A stretch of 63,356 nt of DNA, the filler included, from Octopus bimaculoides (taxonomy: Eukaryota): NCBI RefSeq assembly GCF_001194135.2. It is 8 parts of 8 records of this genome, joined end to end, with 100 filler letters (N's around TTAATTAATTAA, not from the genome) between each part and the next. Parts side by side here need not be neighbours in the genome. Positions count along the whole stretch, not along the records: positions 1 to 5,605 come from NC_068988.1; positions 5,706 to 10,344 come from NC_068994.1; positions 10,445 to 28,129 come from NC_068981.1; 5 more parts are not named here. One strand, 5' to 3'. Positions 1 through 14,561 of the stretch are shown piece after piece. How positions within the stretch are numbered: position 1 is the stretch's first letter; the number at the start of each line of letters is the position of its first letter. The notes beneath the pieces are model-generated. The model made no database searches, had not been told where the DNA came from, and saw nothing but the letters and a program-made list of their open reading frames with translations. A program made the translations under genes and the position numbers.

Positions 1-35
<35 letters not shown>

Positions 36-850
36 TGTACTCACACACATATATGAATTTGTACACGGAAATTATTCAATAAATGGTCGGTCTATTGATG
101 AATTGACGTTTTGAATTTTGTCTTTCTTCTTTTATTTTATATGTAAAGTAGATATACACATCAAAGTCAACAATTATCCAATATGTATAAATACAATAAG
201 CCTATATTGTGGTGCCCAACATATATGTTTGATAAAGAGGTATACAGAAAATCTGTGTTTTCATAGGTATGCGTACACACACACACATAAATATATATAT
301 TTATAAATACATATATGTATAAATGTGTGTGTGCGTCTGCATCCTGTGTGTGTGCGTCTGTGTGTGTGTGTGTGTGTGTGTATATGTATGCGTATTATGA
401 AGGTAGATATCGCAGCAGACAGGAATCTCTGTTGCAGACAGAATAATGTGTTTAGTAGTATCACTACTGACACATAAACGGACTAGTTTCCAGATTTCAG
501 TCGAGTTTTAGTGGTCTGTTTTTGTAAACAAGAAACTTTGCACCATGAAACTGTTTTATGTTTATTCCAAATAATCTATCTCTGCCCGCAGTTTATGAAA
601 CGTTGGTATGGATTATAAATAACAGTAACGCTTACAGTATTTCGAATACTGATTGTAATCTTTTCAGTTTTGAAAGTATCTAATTTATAAAGTGGAACAT
701 TAGAACAGTCTGTGTGATCAATAGAGCAATATTATATATTTAGAGATAAGACAATGATTTGCACGATAGATATGTAGCTTAGTACGTTAGGCAGTAATGA
801 AACACACACACACACACACACACACGCATATATATATGTATATATATAAA

Positions 851-1027
851 TACACGAGGGGACGCTGTAAAGTTCTTTGCTGTAAGGGTTTGGCGAAAGG
901 CGTGGTTAGAGGCCCAAACTTCCAATTTCTTTTAGAGAGGTAAGGAAAACTGAACTACCGCCTGAATAAGTATATGGATGTGAAAGAGGAGTATGTTGAA
1001 TAAAATCATAATTAACTGATCTTCCTC
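851..1027. mobile_element. Mariner/Tc1-type TIR end fragment, truncated by a gap
   Basis: Begins TA-cacgaggggacgctgtaaagttc, resembling mariner-type termini; no coding sequence seen. Confidence 0.4.
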
Positions 1028-1734
1028 NNNNNNNNNNNNNNNNNNNNNNNNNNNNNNNNNNNNNNNNNNNNNNNNNNNNNNNNNNNNNNNNNNNNNNNNN
1101 NNNNNNNNNNNNNNNNNNNNNNNNNNNNNNNNNNNNNNNNNNNNNNNNNNNNNNNNNNNNNNNNNNNNNNNNNNNNNNNNNNNNNNNNNNNNNNNNNNNN
1201 NNNNNNNNNNNNNNNNNNNNNNNNNNNNNNNNNNNNNNNNNNNNNNNNNNNNNNNNNNNNNNNNNNNNNNNNNNNNNNNNNNNNNNNNNNNNNNNNNNNN
1301 NNNNNNNNNNNNNNNNNNNNNNNNNNNNNNNNNNNNNNNNNNNNNNNNNNNNNNNNNNNNNNNNNNNNNNNNNNNNNNNNNNNNNNNNNNNNNNNNNNNN
1401 NNNNNNNNNNNNNNNNNNNNNNNNNNNNNNNNNNNNNNNNNNNNNNNNNNNNNNNNNNNNNNNNNNNNNNNNNNNNNNNNNNNNNNNNNNNNNNNNNNNN
1501 NNNNNNNNNNNNNNNNNNNNNNNNNNNNNNNNNNNNNNNNNNNNNNNNNNNNNNNNNNNNNNNNNNNNNNNNNNNNNNNNNNNNNNNNNNNNNNNNNNNN
1601 NNNNNNNNNNNNNNNNNNNNNNNNNNNNNNNNNNNNNNNNNNNNNNNNNNNNNNNNNNNNNNNNNNNNNNNNNNNNNNNNNNNNNNNNNNNNNNNNNNNN
1701 NNNNNNNNNNNNNNNNNNNNNNNNNNNNNNNNNN

Positions 1735-2113
1735 GGCACAATGGCCCAGTGGTTAGGGCAGCGGACTCGCGGTCATAGGATCGCGGTTTCGATTCCAGAT
1801 CCGGCGTTGTGAGTGTTTATTGAGCGAAAACACCAAAAGCTCCACGAGGCTCCGGTAGGGGATGGTGGTGAACCCTGCTGTACTCTTTCACCACAACTTT
1901 CTCTCGCTCTTTCTTCCTGTTTCTGTTGTACCTGTATTTCATAAGGCCAGCCTTGTCAAACTGTGTCACGCTGAATATCCCCGAAAACTACGTTAAGGGT
2001 ACATGTGTCTGTGGAGTGCTCAGCCACTTGCACGTTAATTTCACGAGCATGCTGTTCCGTTGATCGGATCAACTGGAATTCTCGACGTCGTAAGCGACGG
2101 AGTGCCAACAACA
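1735..2113 (+). mobile_element. tRNA-derived SINE, family 1
   Basis: tRNA-like head with A box (tggcccagtggttagg) and B box (ggtttcgattcc); body near-identical to 43976-44358 and the reverse complement of 40180-40563. Confidence 0.9.
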
Positions 2114-2480
2114 TCAAAAGGTGGATGAAAGTGGCAAGACTGGTGAGACTGAATGGATCTACTATAATTGTGCTTTTCTAAGGAGAAGGAAAGATGAAAC
2201 TTCCGATGGAAGATGACACATCCGATGCCTGGAATATGGCAGAACAATCCAGAACGTTTGCATAGTGCTTACTCCTTATTAGTTTAGGTCGACCGCCCTG
2301 CTATTGAGGATTCTATCTCTTTACTATCTCAAATTTCTATTAATATATTCTTTGTTATATCCTTTGATGTTGTAGTGTTTACATTTGATCGTTATAAACT
2401 CCACCTGCTTTGCGCGTAGTATCTCCTTTGATATTGTCCTTCATAACTTGGGCTTCTGTGTACAATAAAAGAAATAATAC

Positions 2481-2481
<1 letters not shown>

Positions 2482-2543
<62 letters not shown>

Positions 2544-2583
2544 TGATGATAATAATAATGATAATAATAATGATAATAATAAT
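2482..2583. repeat. (TAA)n/(TGA)n microsatellite
   Basis: Seen directly. Confidence 0.95.
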
Positions 2584-2594
2584 CCTTTAGACTA

Positions 2595-2780
2595 AAGACA
2601 CAAAGTCTGAAATTTGGGGTAGAGGGCTAGTCGATTACTCAACTGCTACTTAGGTGAGCGACCCCGAATGAATGAAAGACAAAGTCGACCACGGCGGAAT
2701 TTGAACTCAGAACGTAAAGACGGACGAAATGCTGCTAAACATTTTGTCCGGCGTGCAATCGATTCTGCCTCATCGCGACT
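2595..2780 (-). mobile_element. tRNA-derived SINE, family 2, in a (TAA)n tract
   Basis: aaagtcgaccacggcggaatttgaactcagaacgt core shared with 24778-25015 and 26607-26843. Confidence 0.75.
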
Positions 2781-3017
2781 TTAATAATAATAATAATAAT
2801 AATAATATTAATAATAATAATGGTTTCAAATTTGGCCACAAGGGCAGCAATTTTGGGGGAAGGGATGTGCGATTACAGCAGCCCCAGTGTTCAACTGGTA
2901 CATAGATAAACACTGGGGTCGATGTAATCGACTCATCCCTCCCCCAAAATTGTTGCACTTGTGGCAAAATTTGAAACCATTAATATAATTATTATTAATA
3001 ATCCTTTTCATCACCCC

Positions 3018-3057
<40 letters not shown>

Positions 3058-3094
3058 GTTTGTGCTGTTGTTATTGGTGGTGTTTGTATTAAAG

Positions 3095-3325
3095 CGACGA
3101 CATGGCACAGTCGTTAGTACAGCGGGACATTTGTTTTTTTGGCGTTTTGTACGTCTTTACGTTCTGAGATTAAATTCTGCTGTATTTGACTTAACCTTTC
3201 ATCCTCTTAGGGTCGGTAAAATAAGTACCAGTCGAGCGCAAGCACTGAGGGTCCATATATTCGGCTTAACCCCGCCCCTGAAACTGCTGTCCATGTGCCG
3301 AAGTTTGAAATCATCTTATAATTAT
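3095..3325 (+). mobile_element. Degenerate family 2 SINE
   Basis: acgttctgagattaaattc...cctttcatcctcttagggtcggtaaaataagtaccag...tttgaaatcat tail. Confidence 0.65.
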
Positions 3326-5705
3326 TAAATATTATTTTACTTCAAAAATTCTATAAATTGAATCGAAATGTGCAAATATATGTTGTGACCATAGAAACGC
3401 AGTCACCAAATTGGAAGAAGATTAATTTAACAGCAAATACTTGAAGGTTGTCTCATTTTGTCCCCAACACGTGAGAAATGGAAAACAAAATTGACTGTGA
3501 TAGAATTTGAACACAGAATGTACAGAGAAAATATTTATACAGAAAATTGATATTTGCGACGATCTGGCTTTTCTGCTAATCCACCATCTTCAAAGTGTGC
3601 CATTAGTAATTACTAAATATAAAGGACATAGTTATGTTACGTAAAAATGTGCTAGATCTTACCAGTAAATCTTTCTGAATGTATGTGTATGTGTGTGTGT
3701 GTGTATGTAGGTGTGTGTGTGTATGTAGGTGTGTGTGTGAGTGTATGTAATTGCTACAACATTTAGTTTTTTTATGTAAATGAACATTCGCTTTTATTCT
3801 TACAATAAATGCCTTCCAAAGAAAAAAAACTATTTGAAAAGTTCTGTAATACTTTTAACGTCTGAAACATATGAAAATTTCTTTGCTTATTATACCGAAC
3901 AATATGATTGACATTGAAATAAGGCAGATGTCTTTGCACTTGAAATGGAAGCATAATCACTGTCAAATCGTGACGTGGCTTTAGAAAAGATGAATAAACA
4001 CACAAGAAGTCTCTGTAATTACAAGAAAAGTTGGGAAGGTCATAGAAAGAAAGGATTCTGTCAAATTTTTTCTCATATGAAATAAGTTGGTACTAAACAG
4101 CTACAGAAAAAATGACGTCGTTAAACGGTATTTAAATTAACGCCTTCTTTTCCCACTTTTCTCCTGAGACATTTTCCTAGCTTGAAGAGAAATATATGAA
4201 ATATTTTAAGATTTTGCGGCTAATCGAAAAGAGACGTTTGTTCTTTAATTTTACTTTTATTATATTTTCCATGATTGGTGAGTGCGCCTGGTAGTTCTTG
4301 GGTTTGCTGTCTTCCCTACAGCCCAGCAATAACACCGATACAGTTTTGTAGAGGAGACCCAAAAGTGTTGCCCCCCCCCTAAAAACTTCAACCTTCGCTG
4401 CTTCAACTCCTTCGTATCCAAACTCGTTCCCCTCGTCCCCTTGCCCATCTCACCTTCTATCTCATCTCGCCAGCCCGTCTGACGCGCCCGTCTCACCTGC
4501 ACGTCTCGCCTGCCTGTCTCGTCCACCTATACCCATCGTTCCTCTCACCCTATTCTTGTGCCCGCGTCTCAATCGCTCTAATTCTCACCACCTCTCTCGG
4601 CTGTCCCTTAACCAAACCTGAACTCCATTCATCCTCGTTACTCTACTCAGCTTTACTCCTTATCGGAGGAAGCTTGCACGTGCTCAGATAAATTGCTGTT
4701 TGAGCAGAAAAATTCAAACTGAGCAGGCTCATATTCTTAGGTAATCGTTAGGATAGCGGATACAATGAACAAACCAGTGTTTAAATGTGCGATCCCTAGT
4801 TTCCCCTTTACTGTGATAAATTTTAGTCCATTTCTTTCTCAAAACGTCTACCCCAGCATGGCCGCATAGTAATGACTGATACAAGTAAAAGATGAAAAAA
4901 TAAATGAAATATAACGTGTTAGTCGTATTTTAAGACGATAGCGTTTGGTTGCGTAGACTCAGTCCACCGGAGGTTTAAATCTCTCTCCGTAGACTGCTTA
5001 GCTAAACTTGTTAGTTGTGGCTAAAGTAAAAAATAGAGATGTAACTACGTATCGTTTTGCAGACGATTTAACAGCTTCCTTCGTCTGACACCTAGTAAGC
5101 TTCAGCAACTTCTCACTCTTTATCTCTTTCAGGTTTTAAATTATGACACCATTATTATTTTCATTGCATGAAATATAACTAAATCACACTACTATATAAA
5201 TATTCATGAAATACGAGTTCATGCTGCACAAGCAACCGATACCGACAAAATTATGTTGTAGTCTATGTTCAATAACATCTTACTTATAAATTCAAAAAAA
5301 GCTTGAAATCCCTTATGAGTTGAGTCAAAAGACCTTATAGATAACTACAATGGAATTCCACGGCTCTGACCTTCTTCCAAACATGACCTTGCCCAGGAAA
5401 GTGAAATCCTATTTTTAAGCAAACAGACAATAATATTATGTTCGGTTAATCTTCCTTGAATTCTTATCAATATTCCTTTGATATATTGGACATCATTTTT
5501 ATCTTAGCAGCCATATGATAAATTTTCGATTGCATCTGGTGAATAATTTATTTGCTTGTATAATTGCCTTGATGGGAATAATATATATATATATATATAT
5601 ATATANNNNNNNNNNNNNNNNNNNNNNNNNNNNNNNNNNNNNNNNNNNNTTAATTAATTAANNNNNNNNNNNNNNNNNNNNNNNNNNNNNNNNNNNNNNN
5701 NNNNN

Positions 5706-5755
<50 letters not shown>

Positions 5756-6084
5756 GATCAAACAAACTACAGAGGTATTGGTGTTGGTTTGCGTTGCCAA
5801 AAGTCGACAAAAGCAAAATCGACAAAAAGTGTATAATTTTTGGTTAAGCAGGTGAAGCTTTGTAACTGTACAACTGTTTCAATACATTCTTGTGTTTCTT
5901 CAAAGAAATTGGCCTTTGAAGGAATACAATGAAAGAAAACTTGTACAGTTGTTAGGCATCGCCTGCTTATTAAAAGAGGATCGATTTTTCATCTACAACG
6001 CATTGAGTACTATCTCGAGTTCAGACCCACTAAATGCCCGGTCGATATGTATGCATACATGAAGCTCAGTATCTATGTGTGTGG

Positions 6085-6087
<3 letters not shown>

Positions 6088-6124
<37 letters not shown>

Positions 6125-6153
6125 GGATAGATAGATAGATAGATAGATAGATG

Positions 6154-6240
<87 letters not shown>
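6088..6240. repeat. (GATA)n microsatellite
   Basis: Seen directly. Confidence 0.97.
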
Positions 6241-6241
<1 letters not shown>

Positions 6242-7977
6242 CACACACACAGATATTAAACTTTGAACGGATTTAGAAGACAAAAACAATGAGATTAACA
6301 AAACAGTTTCAGCGAATATTTTCTCTGAACTTTCGATCAAAAGATCTTTTTCAAAGAGAAGAGAGAACTGGTATAGGAGGAAGCTAGGCATAGAAGGACA
6401 AACAGTCCCCTAAAGCGAGTGTGTCGGGGGCCCGAAGGCCATATGAGATATTTCAAAGCAAGGTAGGTGACAAAAGCTTTCATTTATAGTTATGATAGTG
6501 CTACCATAACTTTGAACTATTTAATTTATCTTTGGGGCTTCGACACAAGTAGTCGAGATGTCTATGTCTCAGTCTTCATCCCGTCCCAGCCCCGCCATTT
6601 CATGTCTATACCATTTACAGACTCGTTTTGAAGAAACTCTTTTGGTTAAATGTTGAGAAATTATATTGTTAATGATGTTTCCATTAACCATATCTCTTTG
6701 GTTTCCGAATTATTTCAAATTATTCAAATTCCGAATTATTTCAAATTTTTTTTACTTTTTTTTCAGTCATTTGACTGCACCCATGCTGGAGCACAGCCTT
6801 TTAGTCGAACAAATCGACTCCACTAAGTTACGAGGACGTAAACGCACTAACATCGGTTGTCAAGCGATGGTGGGTGGGGGGGACAAGCACAGACACACAA
6901 GCATGTTGTTTTCACTGTCCAATTTTTCCTGTCTTGGTTTGTGTTTGCCACCTTGGAATCCTCTGTGTAGTGGGTTGATCCACTACTCAGGAAGAGACTA
7001 TTCTAGAGTACGTTCTGTCTTATCTTCGAAACGTCAGGTTAGAATAGAGGCAGCTGATGAAGGAATATTCCAAGTGGCTTTCTGTTTTCCTATGTGTTCG
7101 TTCCGTTGTCTGTAGTTCATTGTTCTAACGTCCTGTACCCTGATATGCATATATATATATATACACATGTAGATGTAAGTATGTACATATATGTGTGTAT
7201 ACATGTATATATATTCTTTGTATTTTATATATNNNNNNNNNNNNNNNNNNNNNNNNNNNNNNNNNNNNNNNNNNNNNNNNNNNNNNNNNNNNNNNNNNNN
7301 NNNNNNNNNNNNNNNNNNNNNNNNNNNNNNNNNNNNNNNNNNNNNNNNNNNNNNNNNNNNNNNNNNNNNNNNNNNNNNNNNNNNNNNNNNNNNNNNNNNN
7401 NNNNNNNNNNNNNNNNNNNNNNNNNNNNNNNNNNNNNNNNNNNNNNNNNNNNNNNNNNNNNNNNNNNNNNNNNNNNNNNNNNNNNNNNNNNNNNNNNNNN
7501 NNNNNNNNNNNNNNNNNNNNNNNNNNNNNNNNNNNNNNNNNNNNNNNNNNNNNNNNNNNNNNNNNNNNNNNNNNNNNNNNNNNNNNNNNNNNNNNNNNNN
7601 NNNNNNNNNNNNNNNNNNNNNNNNNNNNNNNNNNNNNNNNNNNNNNNNNNNNNNNNNNNNNNNNNNNNNNNNNNNNNNNNNNNNNNNNNNNNNNNNNNNN
7701 NNNNNNNNNNNNNNNNNNNNNNNNNNNNNNNNNNNNNNNNNNNNNNNNNNNNNNNNNNNNNNNNNNNNNNNNNNNNNNNNNNNTTCTCTAATAAATAAAC
7801 GCTAAAACATATCTTATTCTCGTATGATTATTATATACGTTTCTTTAACACAATATGTCACTTTTATCTTTGTCTTTTCCTGTTACCGTCTGTTTTTTTT
7901 TCTTCTATTGGCATTTGTAGAAAGTATATCGTTTTTGGAATATCTTCCTCGCATATTTTAAAATTTCTTTGTTACGA

Positions 7978-8031
<54 letters not shown>

Positions 8032-8078
8032 ATATATGTATATATACATGTGTATATATGTATATATATACATGTATA

Positions 8079-8112
<34 letters not shown>

Positions 8113-9652
8113 CATATGCATACACACGCACACACACACACATATATGCATATATGCATATTTTTCTTTCGGCTCTCGAAGAATAAATGCTTGCCGTCCG
8201 TATGTCTCCTACCCACCCTTGCACATAGAAACAACTTTTCGAAACTTTCCTGCTATCTCAACACTATCTGTCCCTCCACCTCCTACACAACACCGCCAAA
8301 TGTATAGATTTGTATCTACTTGAAGGACATTATGCTACATACTCGAAATAGCAGCCAAATTCTCGTAAGCTAGCGGTTATAAGCTATCAGATGAATCATG
8401 TATCTTTTGCTAGGTACTTTTAATCCGACATTCGCTTCCACATCACTCTGGTTCGTCAGTTCTTCACCGGAGTCCTTTCGGCTCGCAAACAGCTGGATCA
8501 GGTTTCAGTCCGTAGATAACTTATGAATACTTTATTCTATCTTCTTACTCAATAAGGTTCCTGAAACGTCATAAGCATAATGGTACCTTTCCTTACCTTA
8601 CCAAGTCATGAAAACAAAAACTGGATCGCATATTGTAAAGCTTCTAAGAGGTGACATCCCAACACCACCCGCATCACGAAACAAACAGGTTTTAAGAAAA
8701 CATGTTAGAAATAAAAATTTAAATAAAATTAAAGGTAACAAATCTAACTAGTTTGACATTAAGATGCTGAAATAAGCAAAGGTCACGAGGTCAAATTCAT
8801 ATATTGGAAGGGAATAATTTAATTTAATTTAAAGTAATTTAATTTAATTTCTGTTATCTGTTGGAGAATGAACACAAAAATCAAAATAAATAAATATATA
8901 GAAGAAGCATAAATAAATTAGGACAAGAGAAAAATTCGAAATAAAAACAGTTGTATTGGCGACATCGTCGATACAGTGGAAATTTGTAAAAAAGTAGAGA
9001 AATAAAATTAGGAAAAATACATTAAACAACTGAAATAAATGCAATAAAATGAAACAAATGAATAGGTTTATGTTATCAACGGCATATGTATACACAGATA
9101 CAAACATGTATTTATATATGCTTTCTATACATACATACATACATACATACATACATACATACATACATACATACATACATACATACACGCACATGTGTAT
9201 ATGAATATATGCATGAATCTGCTTATATATATATATATATATATANNNNNNNNNNNNNNNNNNNNNNNNNNNNNNNNNNNNNNNNNNNNNNNNNNNNNNN
9301 NNNNNNNNNNNNNNNNNNNNNNNNNNNNNNNNNNNNNNNNNNNNNNNNNNNNNNNNNNNNNNNNNNNNNNNNNNNNNNNNNNNNNNNNNNNNNNNNNNNN
9401 NNNNNNNNNNNNNNNNNNNNNNNNNNNNNNNNNNNNNNNNNNNNNNNNNNNNNNNNNNNNNNNNNNNTATATATATATACATACATACTTACATATGTAC
9501 CTACATACATACCTACATACATACATATATATATACATACATACTTATATACCTTCCTACATACATACCTACATACATACATACATACATACATACATAC
9601 CTACCTACATACATACTTACATACATACATACATACATACTTACATACCTAC

Positions 9653-9691
<39 letters not shown>

Positions 9692-10444
9692 TATACACAC
9701 CTAGTTGTATGGGTGTAAGCGTGTTTATGTGTGTCCTATTTAGATCTATGTGGCTCGATACATTGTTCCATGCGTTAATATCGAATGTCTGACAGTATTT
9801 GTGGTCTATATATATCCATATATATATAACTGTTCGCTTCACACAGACACAAACACACACGCACCACACAAACAAATATATATATGTGTATGCATGTATG
9901 TATGTATGTATGTATGTATGTATGTATGTATGTATGTATGTGCGTGTCTTATTTAATGCCATTCAATTTATTAGATAGAAGGTTTCCGAGTCTCCATCCA
10001 GTTTGAACCCTAAGGGCATAATTGATGCATTTGTTGGAAAGGTTACACATATTTGCTGTAGTCTCTTTCTCACAGATACAACAAAACGAGAAAGAGTTTT
10101 TAACGAGGAGACGGACTTGCGATAAGACCGGGGAGGTGAAAAAAAGAAAAATAATACGAAAAGCGGTATCAAAAACATCAACAACGCTGGTATAATGACA
10201 AACATAAAATAACATGAATATCACATCATATACGTGTATATATATGTATATATATATCTAGAGAAAGGGAGAGAGAGAGGCAGACAGGCAGACAGACAAG
10301 CTGGCAGACATTCCGACAGACATAGACCGGCAGATTGTATATATNNNNNNNNNNNNNNNNNNNNNNNNNNNNNNNNNNNNNNNNNNNNTTAATTAATTAA
10401 NNNNNNNNNNNNNNNNNNNNNNNNNNNNNNNNNNNNNNNNNNNN

Positions 10445-10757
10445 ATGCTGTGTGTGAGAAGACTCAGCAGGCCAAGTGAGACCAAAATCCAAGGCCTCTG
10501 CCAGGGATGTAGCCATCCCACTTACGCGTAACATTCTTTTATTGGACACTAAACTCTGCTTGCGAAGACATGGTGAGGCAAGTGAAATCGAAATCGAACT
10601 GGTTGGCGTTAGGAAGGGCATCCAGCTGTAGAAACTCGGCCAAATAAGATTGGAGCCTGGTGTCGCCTCCTGGTCCACCAGTCCTCGGTCAAATCGTCCA
10701 ACCCATGCTAGCATGGAAAGCGGACGTTAAACGACAACGATGATGATGATGATGATG
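10445..10757 (+). mobile_element. RTE-type LINE/SINE 3' tail ending in (GAT)n
   Basis: gttggcgttaggaagggcatccagctgtagaaac...ccatgctagcatggaaagcggacgttaaacga(tga)n. The same tail recurs near 13200-13420, 18030-18220, 22115-22370, 22815-23000 (-), 24290-24425 and 26265-26420 (-). Confidence 0.75.
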
Positions 10758-11581
10758 ATATATATATATGTATGTATGTATATGTATATATGTGTATGTG
10801 CATGTACATATGTGTGTGTATATATGTGTATATATGTATGTATATGTATGTGTTTATATGTGTATATATATATATGTATGTATGTGTATATATGATATAT
10901 GTGTATATATATGTATGTATGTATACTTTTTGTATATTTACATGTGAGCTAGCATGATCTCCCCCCACCTCCCCTCCCAAACGAATATAAAAAAGTACAT
11001 TTCTATCAACAAACATTCCAAAACTCACCTTATTTTTCTTTCTGCTATCATCTCCTTTTTATCACAAGACATGTATCTTACACCTCATTAACAACACCTC
11101 ACCCCAGACACACACCTAAACTCATCTTTAACATAGAAAATTACTGAAGCTTCTCTTTATAAAATTAAGATAGCTGATTCAGCCATAAGAAAAGAATTTG
11201 AAAAGCATCTGACCATTATATTTTTCACCAAAGCTCAACTATCCAAATGGAACCAGCAGGAGTGCACTTTCACAAGCCCTTCATAAAACACTTCTTAGAC
11301 ACCCCACCACCTCCTAACTCCACTCTCAATCATTTATCTTGTTTTTACCATTCACTATTTTCTTTCAGTTCTTGTTCATCAACACTCCTTCACTCCCACA
11401 TTTATTAACAAACCCCAACCCCACCCCAGACACACTCAAATGTCTTGTATATAAAACCACACAGCACAACACAACTTGAGATCAACTTGACAATTGCCAC
11501 AAATGAATTCGAGAAAGTTCCCCAGAAAAGTTAACAAGGAATCTTTAAAAAATTTCCCCAAGGAAGTTAACNNNNNNNNNN

Positions 11582-11613
<32 letters not shown>

Positions 11614-12317
11614 GAAGGGATATCAGGGAAATATATATATTTGTATACTTATTTCCATTCAGACTTTTCTTGCTATTTTAATTTGTACCAGTGAACATGT
11701 GTATTAGCATTTACAGTCTGCCATTAACATGTGTATATGTGCATGAGTTTATATAAGTATTTGTATGGTTGTGTATGTTTATGCATATGTGTAACATCAC
11801 CCACATAAATTTCTCGTTTATAAGTGTGTTTGCTGTTTAAATATTTTCTTTTACACTATTAACAATAATTAATATTAATTCTTACCAAGAAAGTTGAAAG
11901 AACTATTTTTGTTTAAGATATAAGATACAAATATAAAGGTTATTTTACATCCCAATTTCTAGTTGGTTGATTATACACTTTAAAGGATTATATCTCTGTT
12001 TTAATTTTTTTTCTCGGTTTATTTATAGACATTTTCCACATCTGGTTTTCGTTATAAGTAAATGTTGACTAATTGTGTGAATTAGCACATTTGTATGAGT
12101 TGTTCATGCATATTATATTTTTCTGTTAGATAATTATCCTAATGTTAAAAAATCAAAGCTAAACCAACCATTGGTGGTGACTATTTTCAGTTTGGATTAC
12201 ACTGAAACAAAAACAAAAAGAAAAAAAGCCTCAAAGTCTATTTGAAATCCTAACCTTTGTGTTAAGAAACAAGTACTAGTAGCACTTTTAACCAGTGAGC
12301 TACTCTTGTGGACACAG

Positions 12318-12480
12318 TATAAATGATTGGTTAGAAATGTGTGCTTCACAATCACTAAGTCCCCAGTTTGATCATGCTGCATGGCATTTTGGGCAAGTGT
12401 CTTTTATCATTCTTTTGTAGTGCCCGAAACCTTGTAAGTGAAATTGCGCCGGTAGAAACTATGTGGAAGCCCATTAGGTG
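12318..12480 (+). mobile_element. tRNA-derived SINE, family 3 (CORE-like)
   Basis: tRNA-like head followed by ggcattttgggcaagtgtctt, similar to the CORE motif accttgggcaagtcactt. Confidence 0.6.
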
Positions 12481-14295
12481 AATTGTGCCTGTAATTCCAA
12501 GATAAACCTTATTACACACTGTATCCCACTGATTCTACCTGGGGGTTATGTTAATGGTTTGCAGAGTTTTCAGATATTTATTTATACAGGGACTCTGAGA
12601 GAAATTCGACAAAGTGGAACAGAAGTGCCTTTCAGGTCCTGGAAGGTGGAGTTGTGTGAGATTTTAGGGAAGGTTCCTGCAGATAACTATGGTTCTCCTT
12701 CTTGGATCTCTGGACCTCACACTGATATACCAGCTGACCCCTGCTGTTATAGGTCCTGCACTTCAATGCTAATTCAAAGAGCAAGTAATTCAGCTGATTG
12801 AACAACTGAAACCTCATCACTAAAACTAACAAAGATCTATTTCTTTTTTTGAGTGTGTATGCAGCAAATAGCATGAAACCTCAATATCAATATTTCTTAG
12901 GGTCAGTCCTATTGATTAAAAGGAAAAATTTGATTAAATGTTTCTTGTAACTGTAATGTACCACCTTTTGCTTGAGCTATTTCAGACAGTAGTTGTTGTT
13001 GTTGTTATTTAATCCTGGGTCAGTACTGATTCAGCAGACACATGGTCAAAGGTATTCCAAACATAATCATCCAAAGCATCCTATTTTTAGAATGATAGGA
13101 TGACGAATTAGTGGAATTGTTTCAGTATTGGATAGAATGCTAAGCAGCATTTGTTCTGCTTTCTGCAAAGCTTTGCTAAGCTGGAATTAATTAATTAGAG
13201 GTGCCAAGTAAAAAGCATTAGTGCTGGTGCCACATAAAAAGCACCCAGTACACTCTGTAGAATGGTTTGCCTTCAGAAAGGCATACAGCTGTAGAAACCA
13301 TGTCAAAACAGACAGTGGTACCTAATGTGGCTCCTGGCCTTGCCAGTTCCTGTCAAATTATCTAACTCTTGTCAGTATGGAAAATGGATTTTTGATGAAG
13401 ATGATGATGATGATGTTGAATGATGATGCTTAGAGTATCTCTAGCTAATTAATTGAAGCAACATTTAAATCTACTTAACTCAAAATTTAATTGCTTGTGT
13501 ACACATCTATAAAGCTGTTTTTGTATTCTTCAAACATTTCAAAAACTTAAGTTATTAACATATTTTATTCATTTTATCAAAAGGCTCAGATTGTTTTGCT
13601 TTTTAATAAGAAAATTCTTTATTTAAATTATCTCATCTCAGTTTTTCTCAGATTGCAATAAATGAGTTATAATAAGGAAGTATTTTGAAAAGAGTATTCC
13701 CCAAATAATGAAAATTATTATTTTGCTCAAAGTAAGGATGTGAAAATGCTATCAAAATAGCTTCTGCTAAATATCTTGTCAACTTTTCATAAATACATTT
13801 CTGTTTAATATTAAGGATGAAATGAGTCAAAAGACACCCACTCCCCCATTTTTTTTTTCCATATTGACAGTTAAAAGAATTTTGACAGTTTGCAGATTCC
13901 ATGTACTAACAAATATTTTTTTCATGTAATTTACAGCAGGATTCACAAAAAATAAAATGACATGGAAGCACACACACATACACACACACATACACACATA
14001 TACAAACTCAAGCAGATACAAAAGCATAAGCATGAACTCTCACACACATCCAAGCACATTCATGAAAAATGTACTCATACTAACACAGAAACTCAGACAC
14101 ACAAACGCATGAATACAAACTGACAACACATAGAAACACATACATACAAGCACACACATACACATCTGCAAATGTATATACATACTCACACACACACACA
14201 CATACAAACACATACTCTCTCTCTCTCTCTCTCTCTCAATAAATGATGTGCTATCATTTAGAAATATTAAAATATTAAAAGTAACATTGAAGATA

Positions 14296-14561
14296 CAGCA
14301 TAGAAGGATGAGGCTAGCTGGACACTGCATCAGACACACTGATGAAGTTGCTAACAAGCTAGTGCTCTGGCAACCAACAGAAGTAAGAACCAGGAGAGGA
14401 AGGAGGAAGATGACCTATATCGACAACTTGCTGGAGGATATTGGTATGGACGGGGTACAGGAACTGAGGACCGTTATGGATGATCGAGATGAATGGGGAA
14501 AACATGTGGAAACAGTCATGGGGCATCCTGTAGGACGACCTAGATAGATAGATAGATAGAT
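14296..14561 (+). mobile_element. RTE-clade LINE 3' end (ORF C-terminus) with (GATA)n tail
   Basis: Translates RRMRLAGHCIRHTDEVANKLVLWQPTEVRTRRGRRKMTYIDNL, an RTE C-terminal pattern. Confidence 0.8.

Noticed and set aside
1735-1810. tRNA-like sequences here and at 43976, 40490-40563 and 24940-25015
   Set aside because: These are SINE heads continuing into repeat bodies; no complete cloverleaf is evident.
6995-7075. GAAACGTC followed by CTGATGAAGG as a possible type II hammerhead; similar order on the minus strand at ~41745-41800
   Set aside because: No stem I can be formed between the motifs; at best decayed pLTR remnants.
8515-8575. Hammerhead-like remnant ...aataaggttcct-GAAACGTC-ataag
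   Set aside because: The CUGANGA core is missing.
12589-12801. Possible plus-strand exon (GTLREIRQSGTEVPFRSWKVELCE...) after an AG
   Set aside because: No recognisable homology, no convincing donor, and opposite to the host gene strand.
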